Below, piece by piece: positions 36,757 through 46,233 of a DNA stretch of 64,000 bases. How positions within the stretch are numbered: position 1 is the first letter of the stretch; the number at the start of each line of letters is the position of its first letter. Origin of the DNA: Omnitrophica WOR_2 bacterium RIFOXYA2_FULL_38_17 (lineage in GTDB: Bacteria > Omnitrophota > Gorgyraeia > Zapsychrales > Zapsychraceae); the NCBI GenBank assembly GCA_001805965.1, contig MHHG01000006.1, positions 3,741 to 67,740 of the forward strand, given 5' to 3'. A program made the position numbers and the translations under genes. The notes under the pieces are model-generated. The model saw only the letters and a list, made by a program, of their open reading frames with translations. It searched no databases and had not been told where the DNA came from.

Positions 36757-36815
36757 ATTCTTAATATTAATAGTAATTCATGGTGATTAGAAAAATAACT
36801 TTTGGAAAAAACGAA

Positions 36816-37325
36816 TTATAAAAATTCTAGAAGAAGCTTAAGTGCCTGCGTTGATGCTTTTGACCTGATGTTCGACCGAGTGCCTGTAAAGACACATTCT
36901 AAACAGATTGTTTCGTAATTTGAGCAAATTGCAATAAAAACAAGGCCGACAGGCTTTGATTTTGTTCCACCAGTAGGTCCTGCAATACCGCTCAAACCTA
37001 TTGAGAAATCAGTATTTAGGATCTTTTTGCATCCTTTCGCCATTGCAATGGTTGTTTGGAAACTAACTGCGCCGTGTTTTTTAATAGTTTCTTCCGGGAC
37101 TTTAAGTAATTTTATTTTTGAATCATTGCTATAAGTAACGAGCCCTAGCTTTAAGAATGCCGAGCTTCCGGATATGTTGGTTAGACGGTTTGATATGAGG
37201 CCGCCTGTACAGGATTCCGCGATTGATAATGATTTCTTCTCAGAAATAAACAAATCAGCTATTTTTTGTTCTATTTTCATAAAGGCATTATACGGCAGGA
37301 CAAAAGTCTTGACAAGCGATAACAT
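36816..37325 (-). CDS. pncC: CinA C-terminal domain protein (nicotinamide-nucleotide amidohydrolase PncC-like)
   Basis: 169 aa. CinA_C family sequence (SIAESCTGGLIS; GLSGIAGPTGG). Confidence 0.75.
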   Translation of the reverse strand: MLSLVKTFVLPYNAFMKIEQKIADLFISEKKSLSIAESCTGGLISNRLTNISGSSAFLKLGLVTYSNDSKIKLLKVPEETIKKHGAVSFQTTIAMAKGCKKILNTDFSIGLSGIAGPTGGTKSKPVGLVFIAICSNYETICLECVFTGTRSNIRSKASTQALKLLLEFL

Positions 37326-37395
37326 TTAGAATATATTACAACCTCAATTAGTAATATTAATAATATTCCGACTGGTCATTAATAAAGATAGACGT

Positions 37396-38670
37396 TTGGA
37401 AATTTTCTGCCCCAAGAGTTTATCTGGGGTTTTTTTATTGCAAGTCAATCAAACGGAGAAAAAGATAATGTTTAACACAATTAAAGAAGCATTAGAAGAC
37501 CTGAAACAAGGTAAAATGATAGTTGTTATGGATGATGAAGGCCGCGAAAATGAAGGAGATCTGTTGTGTCCTGCACAATTTATTACTACTGAAAAAATTA
37601 ATTTCATGGCAAGGGAGGCAAGAGGCCTTATTTGTATACCGATGGAGGCAAACAGGCTTGATGAGCTAGACCTTCATCCGATGAAAGTCCATGTAAGCCA
37701 TAGACATCAGCCATGTGATACTGGCTGGGCGATCTCAGTAGATGCTGCCAACGGTGTAACAACCGGTATTTCCGCATCAGATAGGGCTAAAACAGTGGAA
37801 GTTCTGATTGACCCGGACTCAAAGCCTTCTGACCTTATCACGCCAGGACATTTATTTCCTCTTCGTGCTGCAAAAGGAGGAGTTCTCGTCCGTGCCGGTC
37901 ATACTGAAGCGTCAGTTGACCTTACTCGCTTGGCTGGACTTTATCCTGCAGGTGTTATTTGTGAGATCATGAATGAAGATGGTACAATGGCACGTACCAG
38001 CGATCTTAAAGAATTTTCAAAAAAGCATGGCTTAAAGATCTGTACTATTGATAGCCTTATTGATTATCTGAGCAAATCAGAGAAGCTCATTGAAAAAGTT
38101 GTCGAAACAAAATTGCCTACGAAATATGGTGATTTTAAATTGTATGCCTATAAGTCAAAGATAGACGGAACAGAGCATTTAGCTATGGTTAAAGGTGATA
38201 TTGATGAAACGACTCCTGTTTTGGTTAGGGTTCAATCTGAATGTTTAACCGGGGATGTTTTTGGGTCCCTAAGATGTGACTGCAATGAACAGCTGCACGT
38301 AGCCCTAAGGACTATATCAGACAATGGCTCGGGTGTTTTGCTTTATATGAGACAAGAAGGAAGAGGCATTGGGCTGATAAATAAACTAAAAGCATATTGT
38401 CTTCAGGATGAAGGAATGGATACAGTAGAGGCAAATGAAGCTTTAGGCTTTTCTCCAGACCTTCGCAATTATGGATTAGGGGCTCAGATCTTGGTTGACT
38501 TAGGTATCAAGCAGATCAGGCTGTTAACGAACAATCCGAGAAAAATTGTAGGACTTGAAGGTTATGGCTTGTCAGTGACAGAAAGAGTTTCGCTAAAAAT
38601 TGCTCATAACCCGAGCAATGAGAGATATTTAAAAACAAAAAAAGATAAAATGGGACATATTCTGGATTAG
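37396..38670 (+). CDS. ribBA: bifunctional 3,4-dihydroxy-2-butanone-4-phosphate synthase / GTP cyclohydrolase II
   Basis: RibB half ([12 protein letters not shown]). RibA half with the Zn Cys motif ([14 protein letters not shown]). The ORF track starts at 37396, but the RBS GGAGAA plus the ATG at 37468 ([12 protein letters not shown]) is the more likely start. Confidence 0.9.
   Translation: MEIFCPKSLSGVFLLQVNQTEKKIMFNTIKEALEDLKQGKMIVVMDDEGRENEGDLLCPAQFITTEKINFMAREARGLICIPMEANRLDELDLHPMKVHVSHRHQPCDTGWAISVDAANGVTTGISASDRAKTVEVLIDPDSKPSDLITPGHLFPLRAAKGGVLVRAGHTEASVDLTRLAGLYPAGVICEIMNEDGTMARTSDLKEFSKKHGLKICTIDSLIDYLSKSEKLIEKVVETKLPTKYGDFKLYAYKSKIDGTEHLAMVKGDIDETTPVLVRVQSECLTGDVFGSLRCDCNEQLHVALRTISDNGSGVLLYMRQEGRGIGLINKLKAYCLQDEGMDTVEANEALGFSPDLRNYGLGAQILVDLGIKQIRLLTNNPRKIVGLEGYGLSVTERVSLKIAHNPSNERYLKTKKDKMGHILD
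37415..37437 (+). terminator. terminator/attenuator-like hairpin plus T7 immediately upstream of the probable ribBA start
   Basis: ccccaagagtttatctgggg followed by ttttttt, lying 30 nt upstream of the RBS-supported ATG at 37468. No plus-strand gene lies upstream that it could terminate. Confidence 0.35.
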
Positions 38671-38680
38671 TGTTCTTATT

Positions 38681-39157
38681 ATGGTTAAAGAATATTCTGG
38701 AAAGTTAAATGGTAAAGGAAGAAGAATAGGCATTGTAGTGTCTCGGTTTAATGAGAATATTACTAAGCGTCTTCTTGAAGGTTGTTTAGACGAGCTTGCA
38801 AAGGCAGGGGTCAAGAAAAAAAATCTTTCTGTTTGCTGGGTGCCTGGGGCTTTCGAGATATCACTTGCAGCTCAGGAATTAGCCAAGAAAAAAACAATTG
38901 ATGCTGTTATTTGTTTAGGGGCTGTTATCCGAGGTGAAACTTATCATTATGAATTAGTTGCTCAAGGGGCTGCTCAGGGAATAGCAAAGGTAGCTCTAGA
39001 TTGCTCAAAGCCTGTGATCTTTGAGGTGCTTGCAACGGATACAGTTGAGCAGGCGAATAAGCGCAGTCAAGAAAATGGTGATAACAAAGGAAGGGATGCA
39101 GCATTAGCAGCTCTTGAGATGGCTGACCTTCTTGTTAATATAAAAAAGCAATCATAA
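38681..39157 (+). CDS. ribH: 6,7-dimethyl-8-ribityllumazine synthase
   Basis: 158 aa. Lumazine synthase family (RIGIVVSRFN; GAFEI). Confidence 0.9.
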   Translation: MVKEYSGKLNGKGRRIGIVVSRFNENITKRLLEGCLDELAKAGVKKKNLSVCWVPGAFEISLAAQELAKKKTIDAVICLGAVIRGETYHYELVAQGAAQGIAKVALDCSKPVIFEVLATDTVEQANKRSQENGDNKGRDAALAALEMADLLVNIKKQS

Positions 39158-39263
39158 TATCATAGTGATTGTTTTTAGAAGCTAAATCCTTATATTTGTC
39201 TTTTTGCCGGACAGGCGTTCAGGGGAAAGCTTCATTTGAAATATTATTTATTGAGGAATTTAT

Positions 39264-39677
39264 ATGCGTAAAAGGACTCATGCTCGCGAATATGTCTTAA
39301 AGATTCTTTATCAGGCTGAAATAACGCGTCGTGAAATTCATAAAGCCTCCGATTATTACTGGAGTGAAATAGATTCCATAGATAAATATGTAAAAGAATT
39401 CTCTGATATATTGACAGATGGCATTGCAAAGAATATTGAAAAGATTGATAATAAGATTTCCGAATATGCTACGAACTGGCAGTTGAAGAGAATGGCGGTT
39501 ATAGACCGGAATGTCTTAAGGATCGGTGTTTTTGAATTGTTATTCACCGATGATATTCCGCCTAAGGTCACGATAAATGAAGCTGTTGAACTGGCAAAAA
39601 AATATGGCGATATAGAGTCTAGTAAATTTGTTAACGGTATTTTGGATAAAATACATAAAACAGAGGTTCCTTCTTGA
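39264..39677 (+). CDS. nusB: transcription antitermination factor NusB
   Basis: 137 aa. NusB family. Conserved location next to ribH. Confidence 0.85.
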   Translation: MRKRTHAREYVLKILYQAEITRREIHKASDYYWSEIDSIDKYVKEFSDILTDGIAKNIEKIDNKISEYATNWQLKRMAVIDRNVLRIGVFELLFTDDIPPKVTINEAVELAKKYGDIESSKFVNGILDKIHKTEVPS

Positions 39678-39796
39678 GCCAAGCAGCAAAGAGATGGTCG
39701 TTCTACAAAACAATAAAAAATATAAATTCTTCTTTTTTCCTTCTAGCAGTCTATTAACCCAGCACATTTAGGTCAGCTATGGCCAATATATAGATT

Positions 39797-40630
39797 ATGA
39801 CACGATACGCAGATTTGCATATACATACAAATTACTCAGACAGCACGTTAACGCCTTTTGAGGTCGTTGAACAAGCCTATAAAAATGATATCTACTGTAT
39901 ATCTATAACTGATCATGATACTTTTGAAGGAGTTGCTTTGGCTATTGAGGCAGCAAAGAAGTATGGCATTGAAGTGATATCGGGTATAGAATTGTCGTCT
40001 GTTCTCAATGGTAAGGATGTTCATATTTTAGGCTATTTGTTTGATCATGTGAATGAAGAATTTACAAACAGATTAATGTGTATGCAGGATACAAGAGTGG
40101 GCAGAATGCAGAAGATGATCAATAAGCTGAAAGATCTTGGCATTGATAATATTGAGTTAGAAGAGGTTTGCAATCTTGCAGAAACAAGGTCGGTCGGAAG
40201 GCCGCATTTGGCCCTGATGTTGAAGCAAAAGGGGTGGGTTTCAGAAGTAAGAGAGGCTTTTGATAAATATATTGCGGAAGGGGCGCCTGCTTATTTTCCA
40301 AAATATAAACAAACACCTTATGAGGCCATTCAGTTAATAAATGAAATGGGAGGCGTTGCAGTTCTGGCTCATCCAATGATAACCAAGATCGATGAAATGA
40401 TACCTGGATTAGTTAAAGAGGGATTAAAAGGAATTGAAGTATATTATCCGAATGTTTCAAGCACTATCGTTGAGTTTTATGAAGGATTGGCAGCAAAGCA
40501 CGGCCTTGTTGCTACGGGAGGATCGGATTCTCATGGAAATGCTAAGAAAGATATCTTTATTGGCAAGATAAAGGTGGCGTATTCTCAGGTTGATCAGTTG
40601 AAAAATAAATTGGCTACAAATATATATTAA
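39797..40630 (+). CDS. PHP-domain phosphoesterase (TrpH/YciV, RNase AM-like)
   Basis: N-terminal DLHIHTNYSD and ITDHDT metal-binding motifs. 277 aa. Confidence 0.65.
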   Translation: MTRYADLHIHTNYSDSTLTPFEVVEQAYKNDIYCISITDHDTFEGVALAIEAAKKYGIEVISGIELSSVLNGKDVHILGYLFDHVNEEFTNRLMCMQDTRVGRMQKMINKLKDLGIDNIELEEVCNLAETRSVGRPHLALMLKQKGWVSEVREAFDKYIAEGAPAYFPKYKQTPYEAIQLINEMGGVAVLAHPMITKIDEMIPGLVKEGLKGIEVYYPNVSSTIVEFYEGLAAKHGLVATGGSDSHGNAKKDIFIGKIKVAYSQVDQLKNKLATNIY

Positions 40631-40645
40631 TTATAAAGGCTGCCA

Positions 40646-41773
40646 ATGAACACCAAGAATAATGATAAGTTCTTTATGCAGCAGGCGATCGGGCTTGCAT
40701 TAAAGGCTAAAGGTAATACTTCCCCAAATCCTGTAGTTGGTGCAGTGATTGTCAAAAATGGAAAAGTTGTTTCAAGTGGTTATCATCGACGATGTGGCGG
40801 AGATCATGCAGAAGTTATAGCTTTGAAAAAAGCAAATGGCGAAGACATCAAGGGAGCAACCCTTTATGTTACCCTTGAGCCCTGTAACCATTGGGGAAAT
40901 ACCCCTCCTTGCGTTGATAGTGTGATCGAAAGCGGAATTAGTGAAGTTGTTATTGCGATAAAGGACCCTAATCCTTTAACTAACGGTAGATCAATCAATA
41001 AGCTTAGAAGTGCAAAGTTAAAAGTAAGAGTTGGCGTTCTAGCTGAAGCAGCAGCAGCTATCAATGAAGCATTTATAAAACACGTAAAATTCGGTATGCC
41101 TTTTGTCGTTGCAAAATGTGCCCAGACATTGGACGGTAAGATCGCTGCGGCGTCGGGACATTCAAAATGGATAACTTCAAGCAAGACAAGAGATTACACT
41201 CATAAGCTTAGGGATGAATTTGATGCGATCTTGGTTGGAAGCAATACTGTACTAAAAGATGACCCGGGATTAAATGGGTCCAAGAAAAGTAAAAAGATCA
41301 AAAAGATAGTTTTGGATTCAGGGCTAAAGATCTCTAAGAATGCAAGTTTGTTCAAGGGGGTGGATCTTAATGACTGTATCATTGCCACTACAAAGAGAGC
41401 ATCGCCTGATAAGTTAAAACAGTTTGTCAGCAATGGTGTTGATGTAATTGTTTGTCCGGATGTTAAGGGCCGTGTAGATATGAAATGGCTGTTCAAAGAG
41501 CTTGCTAAAAGAAAAATTTTAAGTATTCTAATAGAAGGCGGCGCTAAGGTTATCGGGAGTGCTTTAAAGGCAGATCTTGTCGATAAAATGCAGATAATTA
41601 TTGCGCCGAAGATAATCGGGGATGATAAAGCATTAAGCTCAATAGTTGGGATGAATGTGCTGAACGTGAACAAAGCTATAGAGCTGGAAAAAGTCAATAT
41701 TAAGAAAATTAATAAAGAAATCATGGTGGAAGGTTATGTTCTCAGGAATTGTAGAAGAAACAGGAGTAGTTGA
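40646..41773 (+). CDS. ribD: bifunctional diaminohydroxyphosphoribosylaminopyrimidine deaminase / 5-amino-6-(5-phosphoribosylamino)uracil reductase
   Basis: CMP/dCMP deaminase Zn motif (HAEVIAL...PCNHWGNTPPC) plus a RibG reductase domain. 375 aa. Confidence 0.9.
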   Translation: MNTKNNDKFFMQQAIGLALKAKGNTSPNPVVGAVIVKNGKVVSSGYHRRCGGDHAEVIALKKANGEDIKGATLYVTLEPCNHWGNTPPCVDSVIESGISEVVIAIKDPNPLTNGRSINKLRSAKLKVRVGVLAEAAAAINEAFIKHVKFGMPFVVAKCAQTLDGKIAAASGHSKWITSSKTRDYTHKLRDEFDAILVGSNTVLKDDPGLNGSKKSKKIKKIVLDSGLKISKNASLFKGVDLNDCIIATTKRASPDKLKQFVSNGVDVIVCPDVKGRVDMKWLFKELAKRKILSILIEGGAKVIGSALKADLVDKMQIIIAPKIIGDDKALSSIVGMNVLNVNKAIELEKVNIKKINKEIMVEGYVLRNCRRNRSS

Positions 41774-42350
41774 AAAGATCGTTAAGAAAGAAAACCTTTC
41801 GACCCTTTATATAAGAGGGAAGAAGGTTGTAAGAGGGACAAAAGCGGGAGATAGCATTTCGGTCTCAGGCGTTTGCTTGACGGTAACAGGCGTTAATAAT
41901 GGCTTGTTATGTTTTGACATAATGAAAGAGACCATAATCAGGACTTCTCTGGGCAAGCTATGTGCTAAAAGCAAGGTTAATCTCGAAAGGGCTTTAAAGA
42001 TGAACAGCAGGATCAGCGGGCATTTTGTCAGCGGGCATGTTGATGATATGGAGACGGTAAAGGATGTAATTACCGGGCCGAATTATACAGAGATCCAAGT
42101 TACTGTTTCAAAAGAACTTTCAAAATATATAGTTCCAAAGGGCTCTGTCACTCTTGATGGAGTAAGCCTGACTGTCGGAGATGTTAGAAAGACGTTCTTC
42201 TCGGTCTATTTGATACCTTTCACATTAGAGGTCACAACATTGGGAATAAATAAAAAAGGTGATAAAATAAACATAGAGACAGATATATTAGCAAAGTATG
42301 TGCTCGCAGGATGTAAAGATTCTAAATCGCCTTATGTTTATTCAGAATGA
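41736..42350 (+). CDS. ribE: riboflavin synthase (alpha subunit)
   Basis: MFSGIVEETG N-terminus. Two lumazine-binding repeats. Overlaps ribD by 38 nt. Confidence 0.9.
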   Translation: MFSGIVEETGVVEKIVKKENLSTLYIRGKKVVRGTKAGDSISVSGVCLTVTGVNNGLLCFDIMKETIIRTSLGKLCAKSKVNLERALKMNSRISGHFVSGHVDDMETVKDVITGPNYTEIQVTVSKELSKYIVPKGSVTLDGVSLTVGDVRKTFFSVYLIPFTLEVTTLGINKKGDKINIETDILAKYVLAGCKDSKSPYVYSE

Positions 42351-42385
42351 TATTTTTTTAAAGAACAACTTGAAAGGAAAATGAA

Positions 42386-42820
42386 ATGGAATTAGATATT
42401 ATACAAATTCAAAAGATCATACCTCACAGATTTCCATTTTTGCTTATTGATAAAGTCACTGAATTAGTTCCCAATGAAAAATTGATCGCTATCAAGAACG
42501 TTACAGTTAATGAGCATCATTTTGTGGGACATTTTCCTAATGAAAAGGTCATGCCTGGAGTTTTGATAATTGAAGCAATGGCTCAGGCAGGTTGCATATA
42601 TTTTTATTATAGCAAGAATATGCAGGGTAAAGACCTTGTTTATTATCTTGCAAAAGTCACTTGTAAATTTCGTGCGCCAGTAGTGCCTGGCGATCAGTTG
42701 CGTATTGAGGTAACGACTATTAAAATGCTTCCCACTGCTGGATTTTTAAGAACCCGTGCTTATGTTAAAGATAATCTTGTAGCTGAGGCTGAGATAGGTT
42801 TCGGCATAAAGGAAGTATAA
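42386..42820 (+). CDS. fabZ: 3-hydroxyacyl-[ACP] dehydratase FabZ
   Basis: Hotdog fold with the HHFVGHFP...PGVLIIEAMAQ catalytic motif. 144 aa. Confidence 0.9.
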   Translation: MELDIIQIQKIIPHRFPFLLIDKVTELVPNEKLIAIKNVTVNEHHFVGHFPNEKVMPGVLIIEAMAQAGCIYFYYSKNMQGKDLVYYLAKVTCKFRAPVVPGDQLRIEVTTIKMLPTAGFLRTRAYVKDNLVAEAEIGFGIKEV

Positions 42821-43206
42821 TGTTCTCGAACAAAATGAATAAGAGTGATAATCATATGCATAAAGAGCGCAGGAGCATAGAAAGAGTCCAATACTATAAG
42901 CCGGTTCAGTTAAGCTTTGGTATACAGGTTTCTGTAACTGGCAAAATAAGGGATATTTCAGAGAAGAGCGCATTTATTGATATGAAGAGTTCTCTTTATG
43001 TTGAAAAAGACGATGAGTTTGATTTTAAGATATTTTTATCCAGAGATGATGCTGATTTAACAGTTGAAGGCAAGGCAAAGATATCTCGTGTAGCAACAGA
43101 GGGTATTGCGATCTATTTTACGTATTTAAGCAAGGATTCCCAGGAAAAGCTATTGGATCTTATCGATGAGCTGAGGCCAACGCAAAGAAGGCCGGATTAT
43201 TATTGA
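42820..43206 (+). CDS. PilZ-domain (c-di-GMP-binding-type) protein
   Basis: RxxxR motif (ERRSIER) and a DxSxxG-like motif (RDISEKSAF). 128 aa. Its start overlaps the fabZ stop. Confidence 0.6.
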   Translation: MFSNKMNKSDNHMHKERRSIERVQYYKPVQLSFGIQVSVTGKIRDISEKSAFIDMKSSLYVEKDDEFDFKIFLSRDDADLTVEGKAKISRVATEGIAIYFTYLSKDSQEKLLDLIDELRPTQRRPDYY

Positions 43207-43251
43207 ACTTAAATAAATAGAAATAAATAGTAAATGCAAATAAAGAATAAA

Positions 43252-43305
43252 TGGGGTCAGGCCTCGGGAATTGTAAAAGTTTCTCGGTTTCTGGCCCCAT
43301 TTTTC
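43252..43305 (+). terminator. rho-independent terminator after the PilZ gene
   Basis: Extended hairpin (tggggtcaggcctcgggaa ... ttctcggtttctggcccca, G-U wobbles only) followed by tttttc. Confidence 0.55.
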
Positions 43306-43340
43306 TATTATTTAAATCATTATAACTGAACTTAGAATCT

Positions 43341-45233
43341 ATGGAAAAATTGAATTTTCAGAAAAGTATTTATCTGACGAAAGATGCGTTCATTCTTATC
43401 TTTGCGGCTTACGCGCTGGATGTTATTTATGCGCGATTGACAACCTTTGCCTTGGGCCTGTGGCTTGCCCCTCTTTTTCTGGTTTTAAAGATCTTTCTCT
43501 TCGGAGGTATTTTTGCTACATGTATCGATATGATTTTTAAAGAGAATTACCGCATAACCCTTTTTCGGACATTGAAAAATTGCCAAAAGTATGCATGGAG
43601 CTATTTGCTATTGTTGGCTGCCATGGTCATGGTATATGTTTTTCTTACCACTTTTTTTGAGGCCTTTAACCAATTATCTTTTTTGCAGGCCAAAAATCAT
43701 TTTCAGTTTTTTGTTTATCCTTTGATAGCGTATTTGATAATTATCTCAAAATACGGAAGCACCCTCAAGAAGGGGCATTGTAAGGGGTTCTTTAGCTGTT
43801 TTGTTCTTGGGGTTTTTACAGCTGCCTATTGTCTGGATATTTTTCTTTTTTACTTTTCCGAAATTATCGATGTTGCCAATTTTGAGATCCCAAGGATCAC
43901 TCTTTTTTTGTCGAGAAGCCTGCAGACCTTTATGTTCTTCTATGTTGCTGTTTTGATCGCCGATCCTTATCTTCCAGAGGAAAAGGAGGGAAACGGAAAA
44001 GAGCTCTACTTGATAAGGCCTATCAGTAAGGGGCTTCCTGGGTATTTCAGTAGGTTTGTTGTCAGGAAATACCCTTCTTTTTTTCATGTTTTGAGGGCTT
44101 TGACACCTGCTAATTACAAAGTCAAAGAGTTTGACCAAAAAGTATTTTCAGAACGTGATTATAAGCCAGGGAAACTGGTTGCCATTACCTGTTACACCTC
44201 TAACGCTTTTCAGGCTTACCATATTGCAAGAAAATTCAAGAAAAGGGGGTCAACAGTTGTTATGGGAGGGCCTCATGTTAATTTTCTTCCCCAGGAAGCA
44301 TTGGAATATTGTGATAGCGTTGTTATCGGCGAAGCAGAAGGGGTCTGGCCAAAGCTGATAGAAGATCATGAAAAAGGAGAGCTTCAGAAGATGTATTCTG
44401 GAGAGCCTTTGGAAAACTTTTATGAGAAGACAGATGATTTTATCCTTAAAGATCTTGATAAAAATAAGGACATATTTTTGGAAGTGACAAGGGGTTGCAA
44501 ATACGGGTGCGATTTTTGTACGATTCCCAGTTTAAGTTTTGGCAGGATAAGGCGTCGCCCTATTGAAAATATTGCAAAGATGATCGAAAAGACGAAAAAA
44601 AAGAAAATGTTCTTCTATTTTCTGGATAATAATATTTTTGCCGATCCCGAATATGCTAGAGAGCTCTTTAATGAGTTGAAGCAACATAAAATAAGATGGG
44701 TGGGATCAAGCAGTCTGGATATAGCCAAGAATGATGAGGATCTGGAGCTGCTGAAACAAAGCGGTTGCGTTGAACTGCTTATTGGGTACGAGATATTCTC
44801 ATTGTCCAGTGAAAAAGAAAAGAGAGGTAAATATTCTTTGGCTGATGAATATTTGTCCCTGACGAAAAAGATCAAGAAAAAGGGCATCGCTATAAAGGCA
44901 CAGTTCATTTTGGGCTTTGAATCAGATACAATTAAAAGTTATTGGCATTTGTGGAAATTTGCATTTACGCTTCACCCAACAGAATCCGCGGTTTCTGTGC
45001 TGACCCCTTTGCCCGGATCAAAGCTGTTTCAAAAAATGACACAAGAGGACAGGATTATAAATTTAAATTGGAGCAACTATGCCCTGGACAGAGTGGTCTT
45101 TAAACATCCGTTTTTAAATGAATGGGTTTTGTCGTCCGGGTATTATGCTTATTTTCTATTCTTTCACTTAACAACATCTATTACCGGGCATTTGTTTCTT
45201 TTTATTCTGGTCGTTGCAGATTATTTGTTTTAA
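43341..45233 (+). CDS. polytopic-membrane-anchored B12-binding radical SAM enzyme (class B rSAM, probable membrane-substrate methylase or modifier)
   Basis: Residues 1-280 form about 6 TM helices. A cobalamin-binding Rossmann segment follows (VAITCYTSNAFQAYHIARKFKKRGSTVVMGGPHV). Then the CxxxCxxC radical SAM motif (GCKYGCDFC) and about 200 aa of C-terminal region. Confidence 0.7.
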   Translation: MEKLNFQKSIYLTKDAFILIFAAYALDVIYARLTTFALGLWLAPLFLVLKIFLFGGIFATCIDMIFKENYRITLFRTLKNCQKYAWSYLLLLAAMVMVYVFLTTFFEAFNQLSFLQAKNHFQFFVYPLIAYLIIISKYGSTLKKGHCKGFFSCFVLGVFTAAYCLDIFLFYFSEIIDVANFEIPRITLFLSRSLQTFMFFYVAVLIADPYLPEEKEGNGKELYLIRPISKGLPGYFSRFVVRKYPSFFHVLRALTPANYKVKEFDQKVFSERDYKPGKLVAITCYTSNAFQAYHIARKFKKRGSTVVMGGPHVNFLPQEALEYCDSVVIGEAEGVWPKLIEDHEKGELQKMYSGEPLENFYEKTDDFILKDLDKNKDIFLEVTRGCKYGCDFCTIPSLSFGRIRRRPIENIAKMIEKTKKKKMFFYFLDNNIFADPEYARELFNELKQHKIRWVGSSSLDIAKNDEDLELLKQSGCVELLIGYEIFSLSSEKEKRGKYSLADEYLSLTKKIKKKGIAIKAQFILGFESDTIKSYWHLWKFAFTLHPTESAVSVLTPLPGSKLFQKMTQEDRIINLNWSNYALDRVVFKHPFLNEWVLSSGYYAYFLFFHLTTSITGHLFLFILVVADYLF

Positions 45234-45966
45234 ACTGCAAAACCCAAATATGAATGATCGTAAAATAAATATCCAATATAAAAAGTGCTGCCGCCATGAT
45301 CAGGACTGTTGTTATAAAATTTATCGGATGAATGAATGTGGCGAAGAAAAAGGCAATGAAAAGAACTGTAGCCTGAAGAGAAAGCCTTTTGTTCAGGAAC
45401 TCAACAAGGGATATCGTTTTGTATTCTGACGCAAAAAATTCACCAATTTGATATAGGGAGAGGTTTTCAAAAGAACGCTCTTTGTAGGCGGTATCAATGA
45501 ATTCGTTCACTATTGTTAATAGGGCCACCCTGATCTGCTTTTTGAAAAAGAAATAAAGGGATAGAAGCAGGCAAAGGAATATCCATGTTCGCAGGGATTC
45601 ATGAAAAATGTATAGACGAGCGCAGGAAAACAGTGAAGGAATAGAAATTAAAAAAAGAATGTTTATGTAGGTGAAAAGTTTTTTGTATTTCCTTTTTATG
45701 CCCTGGCTGCTTTCGAGCTTTTCTCTGACCCGGTCATTTAAAATTAAAACAAGAAACCAGAAAAAAACATCGCTGTCATTTTTAATGGTTTCTTTCAATG
45801 CTTTAGGGCTTGAGAGATCAATATTTAGAAAGTTCTTGTTTATAATATTATTCATATGCATCATATTATTATAAATAGTGTTGTCAACGCAACAGTTTTG
45901 AGGCTTTTTAATAGTTACATATTTATTGATCTGGCGCACCCGGCACTTTTGTTGACTGGGGAACAA
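45202..45966 (-). CDS. hypothetical polytopic membrane protein
   Basis: 4-5 TM helices. The N-terminal about 35 aa may be an over-extension, since there is an internal Met cluster (MMHM). Converges on the rSAM gene with a 32-nt overlap. Confidence 0.4.
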   Translation of the reverse strand: MFPSQQKCRVRQINKYVTIKKPQNCCVDNTIYNNMMHMNNIINKNFLNIDLSSPKALKETIKNDSDVFFWFLVLILNDRVREKLESSQGIKRKYKKLFTYINILFLISIPSLFSCARLYIFHESLRTWIFLCLLLSLYFFFKKQIRVALLTIVNEFIDTAYKERSFENLSLYQIGEFFASEYKTISLVEFLNKRLSLQATVLFIAFFFATFIHPINFITTVLIMAAALFILDIYFTIIHIWVLQFKTNNLQRPE

Positions 45967-46084
45967 TTTCCCAAACTGCGATAAACTCAGAGAGTTATCG
46001 CGTTAATATCGCTTTTTTGATGTTGCAAAAAATAAATTAAACTGATAGACTAGAGCACAAACATTTATTGTTAACTACGATCAA

Positions 46085-46158
46085 CGGGAAGTAGCGCAGC
46101 TGGCTAGCGCGCAACGTTCGGGACGTTGAAGTCGCGGGTTCGAATCCCGCCTTCCCGA
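46085..46158 (+). tRNA. tRNA-Pro (anticodon CGG)
   Basis: Acceptor CGGGAAG/CTTCCCG, D-arm GCGC-AGCTGGCTA-GCGC, anticodon stem CAACG/CGTTG with loop TTCGGGA (G37), T-arm GCGGG-TTCGAAT-CCCGC, discriminator A. Confidence 0.85.
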
Positions 46159-46233
46159 TGATATGTAGTTAATGTAGGGATAAGCCAAAAGGATTCACTA
46201 TTATTTTTAATATTATTTTAAAGGGAGATTTAA

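Noticed and set aside
37326-37467. FMN riboswitch upstream of ribBA.
   Set aside because: The leader is only about 140 nt. I cannot find the conserved FMN aptamer core blocks. Only a terminator-like hairpin is evident, so I reported that instead.
45967-46084. Hairpin gcgataaactcagagagttatcgc plus T-run upstream of tRNA-Pro, as a terminator.
   Set aside because: There is no plus-strand gene upstream to terminate. It lies in the promoter region of the minus-strand membrane ORF and of the tRNA. This is probably incidental or promoter-associated, so I left it unannotated.
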